Below, in pieces: positions 59,051 through 64,000 of a DNA stretch of 64,000 nt. The stretch is from Neocallimastix sp. 'constans' (taxonomy: Eukaryota). The stretch's first letter is position 1; each line of letters starts with the position of its first letter. The notes under the pieces were generated by a model. That model was not told the origin of the DNA. It did no database searches and saw nothing but the letters and a program-made list of their open reading frames with translations. The DNA lies in NCBI GenBank assembly GCA_050613775.1, contig JBODTK010000016.1:744001-808000 (forward strand). The letters are read 5' to 3'. The position numbers and the translations under genes are program-made.

Positions 59051-59599
59051 CTAGAAATATAATTTAAAATAATAATAATAATTTAATATAATTATAATTT
59101 ATGTTAAAATAATAACTGAATTTCAATTCAATTTCATTTTCAATAATTCAGATATTTGAATTTCAATATTAATAAATAATAATATATAATAAATATTATT
59201 AAATTAACTTTATTAAAATATTTAGGAATTAGTCTAGGCCAACTAATTGACTAAATATTATTAACATGGGGAGAACGCGTTTCGGAACCACACGTGAATA
59301 GATATAAGCCACATGTTTTTGAGATGGCGTATTATATATAAATTTTTTTATATAAATAAATAATTAAATAATAATTAAATAAATATTTTATTATATAATA
59401 ATTTCATAATTTAATATATATTTGATAATAAAAAATAAAAAAATAAAAAAATAAAAAAATAAAATAAAATGATAAAAAATTAATTTTATTTAAATTTTTA
59501 TAATTATTAAAATTTGGACTATTTAATTTTTTATAAATAAATTCTTTATGAAATTTTTTATAAATTTTTGATAATAAAAATATTTTCTTAAAATGATTG

Positions 59600-59776
59600 A
59601 AATTTAAATCTGTAAAAATAATTTTGTTGTTGTAATTATAATGTAATTTATATTTCTTCATAAATTTATTTCCAAGAAATAAAGCAGTAGGAATTTGGTC
59701 TGTTACTAAAAATTTTTCCTTAAATGTAATTAAATAGATTGAATTATTTATTGAAATCTTAGTTTGGAAGTAAAGT
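59600..59776 (-). mobile_element. Retrotransposon aspartic protease C-terminal fragment
   Basis: FKEKFLVTDQIPTALFLGNKFMKKYKLHYNYNNKII resembles the F.V......ILG.DFL..Y...ID motif of gypsy proteases. Confidence 0.5.
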
Positions 59777-60700
59777 TTAAGACCATATTTAGAAAAATTC
59801 GTCATATTATACTTAGATGATATATTAATTTATTCAAAAACTTTAGATGATCATGTAGAACATGTTAGAACTGTTTTAAAAACCTTATTAAAGAATAATT
59901 TATACGCTAAACCAAAGAAGTGTGAATTCCACAAGTAAAAGGTCGAATTTTTAGGACATGTTATTTCTGGAAAAGGAATCGCCACCGATCCAAATAAAAT
60001 TAAATCAGTAAAAGAATGGCCAACTCCAAAATGTGTTAAAGATATACAACGATTTTTAGGTTTATGCAATTACTACCGTCGATTTGTTAAGAACTTTGCA
60101 TTTATAGCTAAACCATTACATAATTTAACAAAGAAAAATGTGAAATTCATCTGGACTAAAAGCTGTGAAGAAGCCTTTAAGGAATTAAAGCGAAGACTTA
60201 CTACATCTCCGATCTTGTTACATCCGGACACTCAAAAACCATTTATTGTAGAATGCGACGCAAGTAACTTCGCAATTGGTGCAATTTTATCACAAAAAGA
60301 TGATGAAGGAAAGCTTTATCCTGTTGCATATTATTCTAGAAGTTTAAATAATGCCGAACTTAATTATTCAATAACTGAAAAAGAATTATTAGCTATAAAC
60401 AGTGCATTTTCTACCTGGAGACACTTATTACTCGGAGCTAAGTACCAAGTTACAGTATTCACGGATCATAAAAATCTTATTTATACATTAGGAGGAAAAG
60501 TTGAAAATCAACGACAACATTGTTGGCATTTATTCTTTCAAGAATATAATTAAAAGGACTTAGAAGAAAAACGCCCAGAGAATATTTTAGATAGTAAAAA
60601 TATTACTACTACTCCATGCTTAATAGGTATTACAAGAACTCTTATTGACAGAACTATTCAAAAAACTAAAGGAATTGGATGAAGATATTAAAAATTTTAT
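59777..60700 (+). mobile_element. Ty3/gypsy pol remnant (RT C-half, connection, RNase H), disrupted
   Basis: [20 protein letters not shown]...KCEFHK*KVEFLGHVIS...DPNKI...WPTP...RFLGLCNYYRRFV...ECDASNFAIGAILSQ...PVAYYSRSL..AELNYSITEKELLAI...VFTDHKNL; stop TAA at 59936-59938. Confidence 0.95.
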
Positions 60701-61688
60701 GAACCCACATGACTATTGTACAAAAAATAATAAGAATTATTAATTAAATTTAATAAAAGTATTCGAAAGCATTAAATTCAATTTTCAATTTATATCATTA
60801 TTCAATAAATTAATTATTCAACACGAAAAATTATATATTATCAACGTTATTAATCAATAAGACATTTATCATAACGATTTATTTCAAAATTACAGTAAAC
60901 TTCATAACGAATGTAAATTACATTTCAAAAAATTTTTTCAAAAATTTAATATAGAATTTAATATTTATTTAATTAAAATACACTTCAATTTTTATTCTAA
61001 ATTCAACGGGAAAATATTCAAATTTATCAATATAAAAATTTATTCAAATTATTATCTCATAAAGAGTTGTAATCACACACAATTATTATTAAATTTTAAA
61101 CACAATTATAATAATTAAATATCTTATACTCAGTTCATTTATTCTATATTATTTTATCATCAACAAAAATATTTTTCATAATATTTTCAAAAAAAAAAAA
61201 ATTTTTTTATTAATAATTTCATTAAAATTTTTCAAAAATATTATTAATTAAGGTTTGGAAAAATTAAATTTTTCAATTAAAATTTTTTCCATATATATTA
61301 CAATACACTCCATAGTATATTAACAAATATAATATTCAATAACAAGTTATTAAGAAATATATCAAGTTTTATAAAGGATTTTATTCAATTCTTTATTTAA
61401 AATTAGTTTTAAAATATTCACTTTTACTACCAGAAAATTATTATTTAATTAAAATTATTAATTTAAACTTTAAATTATATTAATTTGGTTATTGACAATC
61501 GCCTGGAATTCGATTTTCCTTGGGGGAGCGAATACTAGTGGATTTGAAGTTAAAATTCACTATTAGATCAATTGAAATTTAATTTAGTTATTGACAAAAA
61601 ATTATTTTAATTCGATTTTAATTATAAAAATAAATATTAGAAGCATTAAAGAATTAGAAACCAAAGGGTTTGGACTTATTTGTTAAAG

Positions 61689-61800
61689 ATGGGAGAGTTG
61701 CATTTCCCCAGATTGCATTTCGCCAAGTGGTGTATTATTAAAATGTTGCATTTTCCCAGATTGCATTTCCCCAAGTTGCATTTCGACAAGTGGCTTATCG
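61689..61800. repeat. Terminal/subterminal repeat block of the MULE at 62247-63669
   Basis: Five copies of (G/A)TTGCATTT(C/T)(C/G)(C/A)CA plus GTGGCTT, same motif family as 33797-34811. Confidence 0.7.
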
Positions 61801-62246
61801 ATATAAATAAATGAATATATAAATAAATAAAAATTCAAAATAATTTTTTTAAATAAATAAAAATTCAAAATAGTTTTTTTAACTTGTTTTTATTATATTT
61901 TATAATTAATTATAGATATTTTTTAAAATAAAATAATTATTAATAATATTTAATTATAAAAATAAATTTAATTATAAAGATATATTTTAATATTTTGTAA
62001 AAAAATAAAATTATAACAATATTTTAATTATAAAAATATATTTTTAAAATAATAATATTTTATCATAAAAATTTATTTTAATGTTCTTAATCTAACCTAA
62101 TCTAATAAAGATTAAAAATACTTTAATAATTATTGTATTTATTCATTTATTCTCTTTTTAAAATTATTTTTACTATTAAAAAATTATTATTATATATGAC
62201 AGAATTCATTTGGTCAATTTTCTGTCATTTCTTAATAATTTATTAT

Positions 62247-63669
62247 TTAATCAATAATTTTTATATTTAAATCATTTAAGCATTTCAACCATAATTCAAT
62301 GAAATCATTTCTAACACTTTCCTTTTTTTTTTAATAGAATTTCCATATTTTTGTAATATTTAACCAAAGCTTTAATTTCCTCAGTTCTTATTAATTTTTT
62401 TTGTTTTTTATTTCTTAAAATTCCAGCAGTTCTCCTTTCGTAATCAATGTAATATTTTGATTCTTCTTTTTGCAATTCTGATAGTAATTGAAAAAAAAGT
62501 TGGTTTTTTTGCAAATAATTTTTTTAAGTATTTATTAAGAGTTTCTGAAACATTATTTGTAATATGCTCAATATTATCATAATAGTTCCAATTTTCAGTT
62601 TCAAAATTAATTAAATAAGTTTTTTAAAATATTCTAAAAATTCTAAAAATTGAACATAATTATGTTCTTGGCACTCACTTTTTATTTTACTATATATATC
62701 ATATATATATTCAGGATTAATGAAAGGAAAGTTCGAAATATTATTATAATAAATATATAAATCTTTTATTTTTTCTACTTTATTACCACATAATTCTTTT
62801 TTTTTTTTTAATTTCTAATGCTCTTTTAAATGCCATATACAGTATTTAATATTTACATTAATAAAAACTTTTTGTGCAGCATTAGATACAGCTTTTTCAA
62901 AATCGCAATGAAATATTTTTGGTGTAATTTCAATACTATTATATTTACTAGAATTATTTTTTATTTCTTCAAATAATATTTCATAAGTTGTTTGCTTTTT
63001 AATATAGATAAGGAAGTAGTGTAAAAACAATTTAATTCTGTAACATAGGTTCTAGTTATGAATACTTGATAACTAAATATAGGTGCAATATAAAATGTGC
63101 CATCCACAAAAATATGTTTATTTTTAAAAAATAACTCTGCTTGGAATGGAGATTGAAAAACAATTAAAATTATTTTTGAATATCATAAAATTTTCATCCC
63201 TTTTTGTTTTATAATATTTTGATTCATTGGGAATTTCATCAAATGTTGTTATATCAGGAGGTAGTTGTTTTCTTCTACTTCTTGTTACTTGGGATTTAAT
63301 TGAATTATATCCTGGACATATAAGACCCATTCCTTGAGAAATTTCATCATATGTACGTTTTATATTTATATTAAAAGGAATTGAACTTTTTGAAATTTCA
63401 TCTTTAATTTTATTTTTTACAATTGATTTAGCTGCTCCAAATTTATTTTCAAGATGATTATGTGAGTCATCATATTCTAAGATTTGATTCTCATTATTTA
63501 AAATAATGAAAGATGGACATTGATTTAATGTTTTATATTCTGTACATTTATATTTTTTTGAATTGTCTTTCCTTTTGGATGAAAGATTAAACTTATATTT
63601 TCTGTTTAAAATAATTTGTTCTTTTCCTCTATTAGTTTTGCTTATTTCAATTTCTAGATTTTTCTCCAT
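62247..63669 (-). pseudogene. MULE DDE transposase, disrupted, paralog of 35293-36715
   Basis: MEKNLEIEISKTNRGKEQIILN...YKCTEYK...HNHLE, FVDGTF, FHCDFEKAVSNA, YCIWH, EHITNNVSE; several frameshifts. Confidence 0.9.
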
Positions 63670-64000
63670 TTTTTTTTCTTTTAATAAAAGTTTCTAATTA
63701 AATATTCTAATGATTAATTTTAATAATATATATTTTTAATTATATATACTTTAAATGAAGATTAATTATCCAAATCTTATTTTTTAATTCTTCTATATTT
63801 TAAATAATTCCTTTTTTTAGTGTAACTGGATAAATATAAGGTATTTATAAGTTTATTATATTTTTTATTATATAAAGTATAAAAATTTTTATATTATAAT
63901 TTTATATTTATTATTATATTTAATAACTATTATAATTTTCATCGTTATTATAAAAATATTATTATTGATGTTTCTGTAATTATTGCTACAGTTTATATTA

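Noticed and set aside
61683..61868. 61-aa ORF with GEMQ repeats
   Set aside because: Translation of MULE terminal repeats

Overview
Extremely AT-rich, intron-containing eukaryotic DNA with long homopolymer and microsatellite tracts. Composition, gene content (ciliary LRRC46, HMMR-like) and transposon types best fit an anaerobic gut fungus (Neocallimastigomycota); this assignment is inference. I reconstructed nine spliced host genes by hand from GT-AG junctions: F-box protein, LRRC46-like, LLPH/DUF2423, a giant HMMR-like coiled coil, an ING-family gene, a Cys-rich type I membrane protein with a Pro/Ser repeat tail, a divergent CNOT9/Rcd1, a second coiled coil, and Nup98-Nup96. Intergenic DNA holds two decayed MULE transposases with MITE-like relatives, Ty3/gypsy remnants, LINE 3' remnants and a decayed 28S rRNA fragment. 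The top finding is a tRNA-headed, structured SINE-like family: two divergent TSD-flanked copies (32920-33320 and 49131-49594) with compensatory base changes, whose tail resembles the 3' end of LINE remnants in this window. Also notable are a CNOT9 whose peptide-binding groove residues are replaced by Phe, and an ING gene missing half of its PHD finger. All alignments were done by eye, without database searches.
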